Below are positions 1-13,200 of a stretch of DNA of 64,000 nt, in pieces (the stretch's first letter is position 1; each line of letters starts with the position of its first letter). The translations under genes and the position numbers were made by a program. Origin of the DNA: Mizuhopecten yessoensis (lineage: Eukaryota); assembly GCF_002113885.1 (NCBI RefSeq), contig NW_018405252.1, positions 187,992 to 251,991 of the forward strand, given 5' to 3'. Below the pieces are notes generated by a model that saw only the letters and a list, made by a program, of their open reading frames with translations, searched no databases and was not told the DNA's origin.

Positions 1-74
1 TGAAATTTCATGATGGACTATTCCAACCATTGAATAAGAAGAGTTCAATTGTGTCTTCAGGGGTGAATGAGTTA
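1..74. mobile_element. short (~90 bp) TIR MITE, right part; same family as 17632-17722
   Basis: ends ...caggggtgaatgagttaa; internal sequence aligns by eye with 17648-17722. Confidence 0.7.
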
Positions 75-423
75 ATACAAAGTAAGTAGAATGATTCTTA
101 CTTATTACAGCTGCTGTAATTTTAAAAACAATAAAGTCATGTAAAATATCCTCAGAACACAAATTATAAACTGCATCAGTTAGAATTTTTATGTAAAATC
201 AAGATAAAAATAGCACTAGGAAATCAAAACTGTACTATACACCACGGAAATCAATAGTGTGTCACCTTTACGTTCACTGCATAGCCGAGATATATTTGAA
301 AGAAACATGTTTCATTTTGTTGATTATGTAAGACTGTTATTCTTAACAAACGTCTTGAACAAATTTTGTCATTTCTTATCTGTGAGTTTTCTGTTAGTTG
401 TTACTTTCTTTTTAATCAATTAG

Positions 424-477
424 AAGATGAGAGTCGTCCCCATGAAGCTGGCTTCGATGCTTATATGTCTGGCTTTG
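424..477 (+). CDS. PNLDC1: PNLDC1/Trimmer-like PARN-family exonuclease, internal exon (DESRPHEAGFDAYMSGF, ExoIII motif)
   Basis: tag|AA...TTTG|gtaagt; HEAGFDAY matches the CAF1/PARN ExoIII motif; an in-frame TAG/AAG tandem acceptor leaves 3 nt of ambiguity. Confidence 0.85.
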
Positions 478-556
478 GTAAGTAATCTAATCAACGCTGG
501 TCTAGACACCCAAGGAAGTTTGTAGATATTTATACATTTTGTATGTGTCAGTGTCA

Positions 557-1232
557 TATAGTAATTATTAAAACATTCTTGTGATGCCATCCATTGTTAT
601 AATTGTCCATTATATAGAATATGAGTACTGTTATATGCATAACTGTCCAATATGTTACAAAAACTTTTTCAAATCACCATCCTGCATGAGAATTGCAAAT
701 CGTCGCCGTGTTTCAACTTCTTCAACAACTTGAGTTATTTCTGTCATTTCACCTTCCGAGATGTCTGAGAACATCTCACTTAAAATGTTGAAATTTGGCC
801 GAGGTGTAATATTTTCCTTCTGTAAATCCAGGACATCACTTAATATCTCATCTGTATCTACAACAGTATTTTCTGTTGTAAATGTTGACTGTGTTAAAAA
901 TACTCCTTCACTATCGGAACTCATGATTGGAATGAGATAAGTACTATACCTGGGTGTATTTCATACCTGGTATATGCAGTTGCATACAAATCATGCAAAG
1001 TGAGATTGATATACATGACTGACCTCAGTATACAGTGTAGTTGAAAAACTGTCCAATATGTTATGAATAGCTTTCACGGTAATTGATTCATAGTGAAACT
1101 GTCCAATATTATCACAATGCACCAAAACACTGATCACAATTGATACAATAGGGGACATGTTTTAAGTAAGATATAAGCCGAAAACTGTCTATTATGTAAA
1201 ATATTGGACAGTCTGAGGCGCGTACTTAGTAT
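557..1232 (-). mobile_element. non-autonomous DNA element with repeated (A)ACTGTCCAATA motifs carrying a truncated 89-aa ORF (possibly Crypton/DUF3504-like N-terminus)
   Basis: 17-bp direct repeat at 641-657 and 1047-1063, further copies near 1097, 1183 and inverted near 1202; acidic ORF 655-924 ends RRFA..DGDLKKFL. Confidence 0.45.
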
Positions 1233-1859
1233 ACATTTATGTTACATAAATGGCTTTATTTTTGTATATACATAGAAATCAAATATTTTCTGCTGTTTTC
1301 CAATTTACCCACACCAAGTACGTACATTTGTCTGTGTTATATTGTTTGTGTTAATAGTTTTTCATTGCATTGTCACATGACACCAATATAAGGTCACTTG
1401 ATTGTCACGTAACAGTGTTCCTCAAAGTGATGATGTGGATTTTAGGCGGGGGTGGGAGAGGGGGTGGGGGTTCTCTCCATTTCTGTGGATGATTCTTATC
1501 AGTGTTAAAGGAATTATTATGTAATTATACAAGTTTTTAAAGCCTTTCTGTTGTGAGGTCAGAAACGTTTGCCTAGTGTCTATGCTGGTAGTTGATTATG
1601 TGTTACACTGTGTTCGGTCATTTTTGGCCATAGACAGTACCACACAGTGAAGTTCCAGCACATTCGACCAAACATTTTGATGTGTTTACATTTGTTAATG
1701 GTTTGAACCAGTAAAAAAATTGTTCCTGGTCAAGCAATTTACCTATACGTTTTTTAAAGATTTTTAAGTATATGTTTTTTTCTCAGGAAAAAAAATGATA
1801 TAAAAATAATTATATAGTAACTAATTATGTAAACACATTCTTTTTTTTTTTCTTTTCAG

Positions 1860-1902
1860 TTTTTCTAAGATTATCGCACATGCTGACGTTCCTAAATGTA
1901 AA
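1860..1902 (+). CDS. PNLDC1: PNLDC1-like exon (VFLRLSHMLTFLNV)
   Basis: long polypyrimidine tract + cag; gtaagt donor; phases fit both neighbouring exons. Confidence 0.85.
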
Positions 1903-2199
1903 GTAAGTTTTGGTTGACATACCTGATTGACTTTATGATAATGTCTATCATATTGAAAGCAAAATCTATATGATTAAGATGATTCTGTGTTTGGATCCCT
2001 TGTCAATGAGACACTAGCTGTGGTCGCTGTGAAATGGTCACCAACACAGAGTAGGACTGTTAAAGGTGTAAATAATTATCTCACCACATGTACAGTTAAG
2101 GATCCCCGTCCCACTGCACTGTGTCTTTTTCTTTATCTACAGTTCCCTCCCCTCTACTTCCGTTTGGATACAAAGGTAGCACAGTTGGGCCTGTACACT

Positions 2200-2300
2200 G
2201 ACTGTGACCAGATAGCCCAATCGGTCAGAGCAATGGTATTACACAATCTGAAGTTCAGGGTTTAAGTACCGGTCTAGCCCAACAGATTTTGTTCACACTC
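2200..2300 (+). mobile_element. degenerate tRNA-derived element (SINE head or solo tRNA-like LTR)
   Basis: A-box-like TAGCCCAATCGG and B-box-like GGTTTAAGTACC at tRNA-like spacing. Confidence 0.45.
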
Positions 2301-2644
2301 AGAACACTTGTTTGTTATATTTTGTTTATTTTATCTTTATTATTTCTCATAAAAGTCCCGCAAGGTATGGTTTTCTTTTCAGAAATGATTTAACAAAGCT
2401 ATAGCATGCTGGAAAAAAATAGCTTCCAACACTTTGTTACAGTTTTTGGCAGTGGTACAGGGATCGTTAAAGGGATAATAGAGATTGAAAGATAGCAACT
2501 GTTTTGTCAATGATTTCTCTTTTGAAAGAGGTATGAATGCCTTCCAAAAGAAAATCCGAGGGCGATATGACTTACTAGTTATATAAACTGTATGATCGCC
2601 TGTAAATAGTCTTATAAATTACTGGATTGGTTTTTGTTGTTTAG

Positions 2645-2744
2645 TTCAACAGATGTACGACCTTGTCCATTCAGGCGGTATAGAACTGAGATGGCTCCCT
2701 ATAAGAACAAGATTAACATCATCCGGGGAAACGTTAACCATGTG
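2645..2744 (+). CDS. PNLDC1: PNLDC1-like exon (NSTDVRPCPFRRYRTEMAPYKNKINIIRGNVNHV)
   Basis: ttag|...|gtaagt; APYxNxIN.IR resembles PNLDC1/PARN. Confidence 0.88.
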
Positions 2745-2974
2745 GTAAGTCGCCATGATGTATTGTAACCTTATTATAACACATTCCCTACCCCCTCACT
2801 CCATCGACCCCGTTCTTGGTACATAAGGGGGAGCTGTTGTGTCCTGTCTGTCACATGTCACTCTCCTTGTCGTCACTCTACTCATATTAAGGCATTGCTG
2901 ATAACTCGCTGCGACACATTTTATGGCTATCCCAAGTAGATGCTGCGTCGGTCCAAGATTTAATATTGTCATTG

Positions 2975-3675
2975 AAATGATGTCTATGATGAATTCTATA
3001 TAGTGATTTAATATTTAAATGATGTCTACGATGAATTCTATATAGTGATTTAATATCTAAATGATGTCTATGATGAATTCTATATATTGATTTAATATCT
3101 AAATGATGTCTACGATGAATTCTATATAGTGATTTAATATCTAAATGATGTCTATGATGAATTCTATATATTGATTTAATATCTAAATGATGTCTACAAT
3201 GAATTCTATATAGTGATTTAATATCTAAATGATGTCTATGATGAATTCTATATATTGATTTAATATCTAAATGATGTCTACAATGAATTCTATATAGTGA
3301 TTTAATATCTAAATGATGTCTATGATGAATTCTATATATTGATTTAATATCTAAATGATGTCTACGATGAATTCTATATAGTGATTTAATATCTAAATGA
3401 TGTCTATGATGAATTCTATATATTGATTTAATATCTAAATGATGTCTACAATGAATTCTATATAGTGATTTAATATCTAAATGATGTCTATGATGAATTC
3501 TATATATTGATTTAATATCTAAATGATGTCTACGATGAATTCTATATAGTGATTTAATATCTAAATGATGTCTATGATGAATTCTATATAGTGATTTAAT
3601 ATCTAAATGATGTCTACGATGAATTCTGTATATTGATTTAATATCTAAATGATGACTATGATGATTTTTATATAT
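2975..3675. repeat. 42-bp minisatellite (~16 copies, alternating 84-bp dimer)
   Basis: unit aaatgatgtctaygatgaattctatatakTgatttaatatct. Confidence 0.95.
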
Positions 3676-3867
3676 TGAGCAACATTACTCACAGGTTAAA
3701 TCAAGGCCCACTAGTTCAAAGATATCTTTGCTTTAGTATTTAACTTCTTCAAAATCGTTGTTCTTGAATGTGAAGTGAAGAGAAAAAAACGTGGCGAGTG
3801 ATATTGGCTCACGTGTATATAATTTCTATTCACCAACCAGTAGAAAATGTTTTGATAAAGTTAATTT

Positions 3868-4025
3868 AATAATAATAATGATATTTATTCAGGAACAGGT
3901 ATACGCAACAAAACAATTTCACATCAGTATGTGATTAACAAAGTTGATATCTATAATTTACATAGTTTAACTTACCCTGAGATAGCCCATCAAAGCCATG
4001 GAAAGCTTATTTCCAATGGGTCCCC
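3868..4025 (-). mobile_element. 3' tail of a LINE/SINE (L2/CR1-like)
   Basis: minus strand: stem-loop-like gggacccattggaaataagc...gatgggctatc, then AATAAA and a (TTA)n tail. Confidence 0.35.
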
Positions 4026-4153
4026 ACATTTTTTAACTCTTTTTGTCATGCTATAATAATTGAAAACATAAATATTGTTGTTAAGCTTTGTTAATTTGTT
4101 GTGTTTGGTCAATCGTTATATCAACACACACTGGGAAGCACAAAGAAGTGAGT

Positions 4154-7100
4154 TTACAGGGACAGGATGGTATATTGTAGTGATGACAAGGACAGGATGG
4201 TATATTGTAGTGACTACAGGGACAGGATGGACTATTTATGTTGTAGTGACTACAGGGACAGGTTGGTATATTTATGATGGTATGTTGTAGTGACTACAGG
4301 GACAGGATGGGATATTGTAGTGACTACAGAAACAGGTTGGGATATTATAGTGATGACAGGGACAGGATGGTATATTGTGGTGACTACAGGAACAGGATGG
4401 TATATTGTAGTGAGGACAGGGACAGGATGGTATATTGTAGTGACTCCAGGGACAGGTTGGTATGTTGTAGTGACTACAGGGACAGGTTGGTATGTTGTAG
4501 TGACTACAGGGACAGGTTGATATATTGTAGTGACTACAGGGACAGGTTGGTATATTTATGTTGTAGTGATTACAGGGACAGGATGTAGTGACTACAGGGA
4601 TAGAATGGTATTCACAGGTTGGTATATTGTAGTGACTACAGGGACCGGTTGGTATATTGTAGTGATGACAGGGACAGGTTGGTATATGGTAGTGACTACA
4701 GGGACAGGTTAGTATATTTATGTTGTAGTGACTACAGGGACAGGAAGGTATATTGTAGTGACTCCAGGAACAGGATGGTATATTGTAGTGATGACGGGGA
4801 CAGGATGGTATATTGTAGTGACTACAGAATCAGGTTGGGATATTGTAGTGATGACAGGGACGGGATGGTATATTGTAGTGACTACAGAAACAGGTCGGGA
4901 TATTGTAGTGATGACAGGGACAGGATGGTATATTTTAGTGACTACAGGAACAGGATGGGATATTGTAGTGACTACAGGGACAGGATGGACTATTTATGTT
5001 GTAGTGACTACAGGGACAGGAAGGTATATTGTAGTGACTACAGGAGCAGGATGGTATATTGTAGTGATGACAGGGACAGGTTGGTATATTCTAGTGACTA
5101 CAGGGACAGGTTGGTATATTTATGTTGTAGTGACTACAGGGCCAGGTTGGTATATTGTAGTGACTACAGGGACGGGTTGGTATATTGTAGTGACTACAGG
5201 AACAGGATGATATATTGTAGTCCTGGCAGGGACAGGATGGTATATTGTAGTGACTACAGAAACGAGTTGGGATATTGTAGTGATGACAGGGACAGGATGG
5301 GATATTGTAGTGACTACAGAAACAGGTTGGGATACTGTAGTGATGACAGGGACAGGATGGTATATTTTAGTGACTACAGGAACAGGATGGTATATTGTAG
5401 TGATTACAGGGACAGGATGGTATATTGTAGTGACTACAGGAACAGGATGATATATTGTAGTCCTGGCAGGGACAGGATGGTATATTGTAGTGACTACAGA
5501 GACAGGATGGGATGTTGTAGTGACTACAGGGACAGGTTGGTATATTATAGTGACTACAGGGACAGGATGGTATATTGTAGTGATTACAGGGACAGGATGG
5601 TATATTGTAGTGACTCCAGGGACAGGTTGGTATGTTGTAGTGACTACAGGGACAGGTTGGTATATTTTAGTGACTACAGGAACAGGATGGTATATTGTAG
5701 TGAGGACAGGGACAGGATGGTATATTGTAGTGACTACAGCAACAGGTTGGGATATTGTAGTGATGACAGGGACGGGATGGTATATTGTAGTGACTACAGA
5801 AACAGGTTGTTATATTGTAGTGATGACAGGGACAGGATGGTGTATTGTAGTGACTACAGGGACAGGTTGGTATATTGTAGTGATTACAGGAACAGGTTGG
5901 TATATTGTAGTGACTACAGAGACAGGATAGACTATTTATGTTGTAGTGACTACAGGGACAGGATGTATATTGTAGTGACTACAGAGACAGGATGGACTAT
6001 TTATGTTGTAGTGACTACAGGGACAGGATGGGATATTGTAGTGATGACAGGGACAGGATGGTGTATTGTAGTGACTACAGGGACAGGTTGGTATATTGTA
6101 GTGATTACAGGAACAGGTTGGTATATTGTAGTGACTACAGAGACAGGATGGGATGTTGTAGTGACTACAGGGACAGGTTGGGATGTTGTAGTGACTACAG
6201 GGACAGGTTGGGATGTTGTAGTGACTACAGGGACAGGTTGGTATATTTATGATGGTATGTTGTAGTGACTACAGGGACAGGTTGGTATATTATAGTGACT
6301 ACAGGGACAGGAGGGTATATTGTAGTGACTACAGGGACAGGTTCGTATATTGTAGTGATGACAGGAACAGGATGGTATATTGTAGTGACTACAGGGACAG
6401 GGTGGTATATTGTAGTGACTACAGAAACAGGTTGTTATATTGTAGTGATGACAGGGACAGGATGGTTTGTATATTGTAGTGATGACAGGGACAGGGTGGT
6501 ATATTGTAGTGACTACAGAAACAGGTTGTTATATTGTAGTGATGACAGGGACAGGATGGTTTGTATATTGTAGTGATGACAGGGACAGGATGGTTTGTAT
6601 ATTGTAGTGATGACAGGGACAGGGTGGTATATTGTAGTGACTACAGAGACAGGTTGGGATATTGTAGTGATGACAGGGAGAGGATGGTATATTGTAGTGA
6701 CTACAGGGACAGGTTGGGATATTGTAGTGACTACAGAGACAGGTTGGGATATTGTAGTGACTACAGAGACAGGATGGTATGTTGTAGGGACTACAGGGAC
6801 AGGATGGTATATTGTAGTGACTCCAGGGACAGGTTGGTATGTTGTAGTGACTACAGGGACAGGTTGGTATGTTGTAGTGACTACAGGGACAGGTTGGGAT
6901 ATTGTAGTGACTACAGAGACAGGTTGGGATATTGTAGTGACTACAGAGACAGGATGGGATGTTGTAGTGACTACAGGGACAGGTTGGGATATTGTAGTGA
7001 CTACAGAGACAGGTTGGGATATTGTAGTGACTACAGAGACAGGATGGTATATTGTAGTGACTACAGGGACAGGTTCGTATATTGTAGTGACTACAGGAAC

Positions 7101-9340
7101 AGGTTGGTATATTGTAGTGACTACAGAGACAGGTTGGGATATTGTAGTGACTACAGAGACAGGATGGTATATTGTAGTGACTACAGGGACAGGTTCGTAT
7201 ATTGTAGTGATGACAGGAACAGGATGGTATATTTTAGTGACTACAGGAACAGGATGGGATATTGTAGTGACTACAGGGACAGGATGGACTATTTATGTTA
7301 TAGTGACTACAGGGACAGGTTGGTATATTGTAGTGACTACAGAGACAGGTTGGTATATTGTAGTGACTACAGAGACAGGATGGTATGTTGTAGTGACTAC
7401 AGGGACAGGTTGGTATGTTGTAGTGACTACAGGGACAGGTTGGTATATTGTAGTGACTACAGGGACAGGTTGGTATATTGTAGTGACTACAGGGACGGGT
7501 TGGTATATTGTAGTGANNNNNNNNNNNNNNNNNNNNNNNNNNNNNNNNNNNNNNNNNNNNNNNNNNNNNNNNNNNNNNNNNNNNNNNNNNNNNNNNNNNN
7601 NNNNNNNNNNNNNNNNNNNNNNNNNNNNNNNNNNNNNNNNNNNNNNNNNNNNNNNNNNNNNNNNNNNNNNNNNNNNNNNNNNNNNNNNNNNNNNNNNNNN
7701 NNNNNNNNNNNNNNNNNNNNNNNNNNNNNNNNNNNNNNNNNNNNNNNNNNNNNNNNNNNNNNNNNNNNNNNNNNNNNNNNNNNNNNNNNNNNNNNNNNNN
7801 NNNNNNNNNNNNNNNNNNNNNNNNNNNNNNNNNNNNNNNNNNNNNNNNNNNNNNNNNNNNNNNNNNNNNNNNNNNNNNNNNNNNNNNNNNNNNNNNNNNN
7901 NNNNNNNNNNNNNNNNNNNNNNNNNNNNNNNNNNNNNNNNNNNNNNNNNNNNNNNNNNNNNNNNNNNNNNNNNNNNNNNNNNNNNNNNNNNNNNNNNNNN
8001 NNNNNNNNNNNNNNNNNNNNNNNNNNNNNNNNNNNNNNNNNNNNNNNNNNNNNNNNNNNNNNNNNNNNNNNNNNNNNNNNNNNNNNNNNNNNNNNNNNNN
8101 NNNNNNNNNNNNNNNNNNNNNNNNNNNNNNNNNNNNNNNNNNNNNNNNNNNNNNNNNNNNNNNNNNNNNNNNNNNNNNNNNNNNNNNNNNNNNNNNNNNN
8201 NNNNNNNNNNNNNNNNNNNNNNNNNNNNNNNNNNNNNNNNNNNNNNNNNNNNNNNNNNNNNNNNNNNNNNNNNNNNNNNNNNNNNNNNNNNNNNNNNNNN
8301 NNNNNNNNNNNNNNNNNNNNNNNNNNNNNNNNNNNNNNNNNATGGTATATTTATGTTGTAGTGACTACAGGGACAGGATGGTATATTTATGTTGTAGTGA
8401 CTACAGGGACAGGATGGTATATTTATGTTGTAGTGACTACAGGGAAAGAATGGTATATTTTTGTTGTAGTGACTACAGGGATAGAATGGTATATTTATGT
8501 TGTAGTGACTACAGGGACAGGATGGTATATTGTAGTGACTACAGAGACAGGATGGTATATTTATGTTGTAGTGACTACAGGGATAGAATGGTTTATTTAT
8601 GTTGTAGTGACTACAGGGACAGGTTGGTATATTTATGTTGTAGTGAATACAGGGACAGGATGGTATATTTATGTTGTAGTGAGTACAGGGACAGGATGGA
8701 CTATTTATGTTGTAGTGACTACAGGGACAGGATGGGATATTGTAGTGACTACAGGGACAGGATGGTATATTTACGTTGTAGTGACTACAGGGACAGGATG
8801 GACTATTTATGTTGTAGTGACTACAGGGACAGGGTTGACTATTTATGATGTAGTGACTACACGGACAGGATGGTATATTGTAGTGACTACAGGGACAGGA
8901 TGGTATATTTATGTTGTAGTGACTACAGGGACAGGATGGTATATTGTAGTGATTACAGGGACAGGATGGTATATTTATGTTGTAGTGACAACAGGGACAG
9001 GATGGTATATTTATGTTGTAGTGACTACAGGGACAGGGTGGACTATTTATGTTGTAGTGACTACAGGGACAGGTTGGTATATTTATGTTGTAGTGAATAC
9101 AGGGACAGGATGGTATATTTATGTTGTAGTGATTACAGGGACAGGATGTAGTGACTACAGGGATAGAATGGTATATTGTTGTGACTACAGGGACAGGATG
9201 GTATATTTATGTTGTAGTGATTACACGGACAGGATGTAGTGACTACAGGGACAGGTTGGTATATTTATGTTGTAGTGATTACAGGGACAGGATGTAGTGA
9301 CTACAGGGATAGAATGGTATTCATATTTTCTGTTGTAGTG
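4154..9340. repeat. 30/37-bp minisatellite (gap 7517-8341) running into the PNLDC1 acceptor at 9338
   Basis: unit ttgtagtgactacagggacaggatggtata with a 7-nt-longer variant. Confidence 0.95.
7517..8341. other. assembly gap
   Basis: N run. Confidence 1.
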
Positions 9341-9428
9341 TTTGGATGGCCCAGATCCTCCGTCTTTCCGCCCTGAACTGCTGTATGTGCAATCGAAACA
9401 TCAATCACACGACCTCCATTTGATGCAG
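9339..9428 (+). CDS. PNLDC1: PNLDC1-like exon (CLDGPDPPSFRPELLYVQSKHQSHDLHLMQ)
   Basis: gtag|...CAG|gtatct; GPDxPSxRP motif of the family; phase 0-0. Confidence 0.88.
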
Positions 9429-9758
9429 GTATCTATAGGGAACAAGACATTGTTTAGTATGACATAAAATGTCTGTACATATAATAGGTGTGATGGATTC
9501 AGGTCACCACAGACATGTTCATTACTGTAAAGCCATTCTATATTTATATTCCTGTTTGTTTCCCAGTATAATTCTTGGGCTGTTATAGTTTCAGGATAAC
9601 CATTATTGGTAATGGTAGACAAATGTGTCGGTAGATATAGAACTTTTCAGTGAGATAACAAAAGTGCTGAGATTTCGTCAAATTAACGAACAAATATTGA
9701 CAAATGAGATTTTTGAAATTTGAATCAAGAAAATGTAAATAAGCATTTGATAATAATT

Positions 9759-11948
9759 TTGAGCAGTCTGATTTCCTTCTAGGCTATTAGTGAGACTGTG
9801 AGCAGTCTGATTTCCTTCTAGGCTATTAGTGAGACTGTGAACAGTCTGATTTCGTTCTAGGCTATTAGTGAGACTGTGAACAGTCTGATTTCGTTCTAGG
9901 CTATTAGTGAGACTGTGAACAGTCTGATTTCCTTCTAGACTATTAGTGAGCCTGTGAGCAGTCTGATTTCCTTCTTGGCTATTAGTGAGACTGTGAGCAG
10001 TCTGATTTCCTTCTTGGCTATTAGTGAGACTGTGAGCAGTCTGATTTCCTTCTTGGCTATTAGTGAGACTGTGAGCAGTCTGATTTTCTTCTAGGCTATT
10101 AGTGAGACTGTGAGCAGTCTAATTTCCTTCTAGGCTATTAGTGAGACTGTAAACAGTCTGATTTCCTTCTAGGCTATTAGTGAGCCTGTGAGCAGTCTGA
10201 TTTCCTTCTAGGCTATTAGTGAGACTGTGAACAATCTGATTTCCTTCTAGGCTATTAGTGAGACTGTTAGCAGTCTGATTTCCTTCTAGGCTATTAGTGA
10301 GACTGTGAACAGTCTGATTTCGTTCTAGGCTATTAGTGAGACTGTGAACAGTCTGATTTCGTTCTAGGCTATTAGTGAGACTGTGAACAGTCTGATTTCG
10401 TTCTAGGCTATTAGTGAGACTGTGAACAGTCTGATTTCGTTCTAGGCTATTAGTGAGACTGTGAACAGTCTGATTTCCTTCTAGGCTATTAGTGAGCCTG
10501 TGAGCAGTCTGATTTCCTTCTTGGCTATTAGTGAGACTGTGAGCAGTCTGATTTCCTTCTAGGCTATTAGTGAGACTTTGAGCAGTCTGATTTCCTTATA
10601 GGCTATTAGTGAGACTGTGAGCAGCCTGATTTCCTTCTAGGCTCTTAGTGAGACTGTGAGCACTCTGATTTCCTTCTAGGCTGTTAGTGAGACTGTGAGC
10701 AGTCTGAGTTCCTTCTAGGCTATTATTGAGACTGTGAACAGTCTAATTTCGTTCTAGGCTATTATTGAGACTGTGAACAGTCTGAATTCGTTCTAGGCTA
10801 TTAGTGAGCCTGTGAACAGTCTGATTTCGTTCTAGGCTATTAGTGACACTGTTAGCAGTCTGATTTCCTTCTTGGCTAATAGTGAGACTGTGAGCAATCT
10901 GATTTCCTTCTAGGCTCTTAGTGAGACTGTGAGCGGTCTGATTTCCTTCTAGTCTATTAGTGAGACTGTGCACAGTCTGATTTCCTTCTAGGCTCTTAGT
11001 GAGACTGTGAGCGGTCTGATTTCCTTCTAGTCTATTAGTGAGACTGTGATCAATCTGATTTCCTTCTAAGCTATTAGTGAGACTGTGAGAAGTCTGATTT
11101 CCTTCTAAGCTATTAGTGAGACTGTGAGCAGACTGATTTCCTTCTAGGCTGTTAGTGAGACTGTGAGCGGTCTGATTTCCTTCTAGACTATTAGTGAGCC
11201 TGTGAACAGTCTGATTTTCTTCTAGGCTATTAGTGGGACTGTGAGCAGTCTGATTTCCGTCTAGGCTATTAGTGAGCCTGTGAACAGTCTGATTTCGTTC
11301 TAGGCTATTAGTGAGCCTGTGAGCAGTCTGATTTTCTTCTAGGCTATTAGTGACACTGTTAGCAGTCTGATTTCCTTCTTGGCTATTAGTGAGACTGTTA
11401 GCAGTCTGATTTCCTTTTAGGCTATTAGTGAGACTGTGAGCTGTCTGATTTCCTTCTAGACTATTAGTGAGCCTGTGAACAGTCTGATTTCCTTCTTGGC
11501 TAATAGTGAGACTGTGAGCAGGCTGATTTCCTTCTAGGCTGTTAGTGAGACTGTGAGCGGTCTGATTTCCTTCTAGTCTATTAGTGAGACTGTGAGCAGC
11601 CTGATTTCCTTCTAGGCTCTTAGTGAGACTGTGAGCTGTCTGATTTCCTTCTAGTCTATTAGTGAGACTGTGAGCAGGCTGATTTCCTTCTAGGCTGTTA
11701 GTGAGACTGTGAGCGGTCTGATTTCCTTCTAGACTATTAGTGAGCCTGTGAGCAGTCTAATTTCCTTCTTGGCTATTAGTGAGACTGTTAGCAGTCTGAT
11801 TTCCTTCTTGGCTATTAGTGAGACTGTGATCAATCTGATTTCCTTCTAAGCTATTAGTGAGACTGTGAGAAGTCTGATTTCCTTCTAGTCTATTAGTGAG
11901 ACTGTGAGAAGTCTGATTTCCTTCTAGGCTATTAGTGAGACTGTGCAC
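9759..11948. repeat. 39-bp minisatellite (~56 copies)
   Basis: unit agtctgatttccttctaggctattagtgagactgtgagc. Confidence 0.95.
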
Positions 11949-12061
11949 ACTTCTTTTTTGGTTTACGTCCAAAGATAACAAATAAAAACTAACATTTACA
12001 TTTATCCAAAACTTCTTGCTCTCTGAAGTAAATATTGCTAAATGTTTCCTTTTGATAACAG

Positions 12062-12150
12062 TTGCTGAAGTGGTTTTCACGGCACGGAACAGTAGATGTT
12101 CAAATAACAGATTCACAAAGAGCTTTGGTAGCTGCTTCAAATTACAGATG
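12062..12150 (+). CDS. PNLDC1: PNLDC1-like exon, RRM-like region (LLKWFSRHGTVDVQITDSQRALVAASNYR)
   Basis: cag|...TG|gtaaga; in frame with flanking exons. Confidence 0.85.
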
Positions 12151-12498
12151 GTAAGAAAACAAACTGTCTCCATGATGACAACACATGTCTGATCATTGAT
12201 ACCAATATATTCATGAAGAACTTATTTTGGTTTCATGAGTTATTCCCCAGCCCCCTTTAAACATTTTTTACTATATTTAGCTTATTTAAATTTAAGCAGA
12301 ATTAATATCAAATTGAAGAGATAAGCACATTTGAATTTGTTCACAACAATGGAAAATAATATGCAGAAACTTCTATTTTATCTATCATTAAAGACAAAAA
12401 CAAAAAATACTTTTCATGAAAGATGTAGCAGGCATAGCACTGTGTCTGGCAAGATGCAGTGGAGATGGCTTGATATCTGCAGACATTCTTGATACACC

Positions 12499-12640
12499 GG
12501 GGTTACGCTCACTTTCTCTCTCTGCACTCCTGTAATATGTCATAGCAAAATTGAAGGCATAAAAATAGCTGTTTGATTGGTGTAGGGTAAAAAAAGCCTG
12601 ACCAATCGCTCGGGTGATGCCTGTCCTTTGAAGATTGAAG
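12499..12640. mobile_element. partial copy of the MITE family at 19353-20010
   Basis: shared gggttacgctcactt...aatatgtcatagcaaaattgaaggca...tttgattggt...atgcctgtcctttgaagat. Confidence 0.75.
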
Positions 12641-12799
12641 ATTTAACTTGCTGCTCATTCAGAATTTTTAGAAAAAGTGCTGTTGATCAATGGGATCAAT
12701 GTTTTTATCTCACGACTGACAAAGCTTCACTATTTTATATATATATATATATATGTATATATGTCGCTTCCTGATCCACAAGAAGGTTAATCTTTAAGT

Positions 12800-13200
12800 T
12801 TTGGATAACTCCAAAAGTTTTGGACAGAGAGAGCAATCTGTTGAAGCGGCAGATGAAGGAAGCCATCTGGATATGTCGCAGTGGGCCAGTTCTAGATCAA
12901 GCAAGGGGGCTCAAAGACTCTTGCACATTTATGACCAAGTATTAAACAAAGTGTAGCTGATTGGAGTCATTTCGGTACATATAAAACAACTATTGTACAT
13001 GCGCCTACAGTGTAGCCGAAATCCACATCAATTTTGTGGACAACTTGTACACATTTTACACCTTTGTGTGCATACGCTTCACTGGTCATTAGTCTGATGA
13101 AGGTGACAGTGTACATATCGTACAAGTCATCGAAACGTCACATAGAAAATTGTATTGATTGTGTAAAAAGAACTTTTCATAATCCATACTTACCAACCTG
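12800..13200 (+). mobile_element. Penelope-like retroelement 3' remnant (GIY-YIG C-terminus + pLTR)
   Basis: translates KVLDRESNLLKRQMKEAIWI...(frameshift)GAQRLLHIYDQVL, typical of the Penelope endonuclease C-terminus; followed by a hammerhead motif. Confidence 0.8.
13090..13146 (+). ncRNA. minimal type I hammerhead ribozyme motif (Penelope-type)
   Basis: CTGATGA (13094-13100), stem II GGTGAC/GTCATC, GAAA (13132-13135), CGTC with predicted cleavage after C13139; stem I short and imperfect. Confidence 0.7.

Noticed and set aside
4075-9239. Long repetitive ORFs (up to 892 aa; YCSDYRDR / VVTTGTGW)
   Set aside because: Translations of a 30-bp intronic satellite open in two frames, with frequent frame switches and an N gap; not genes
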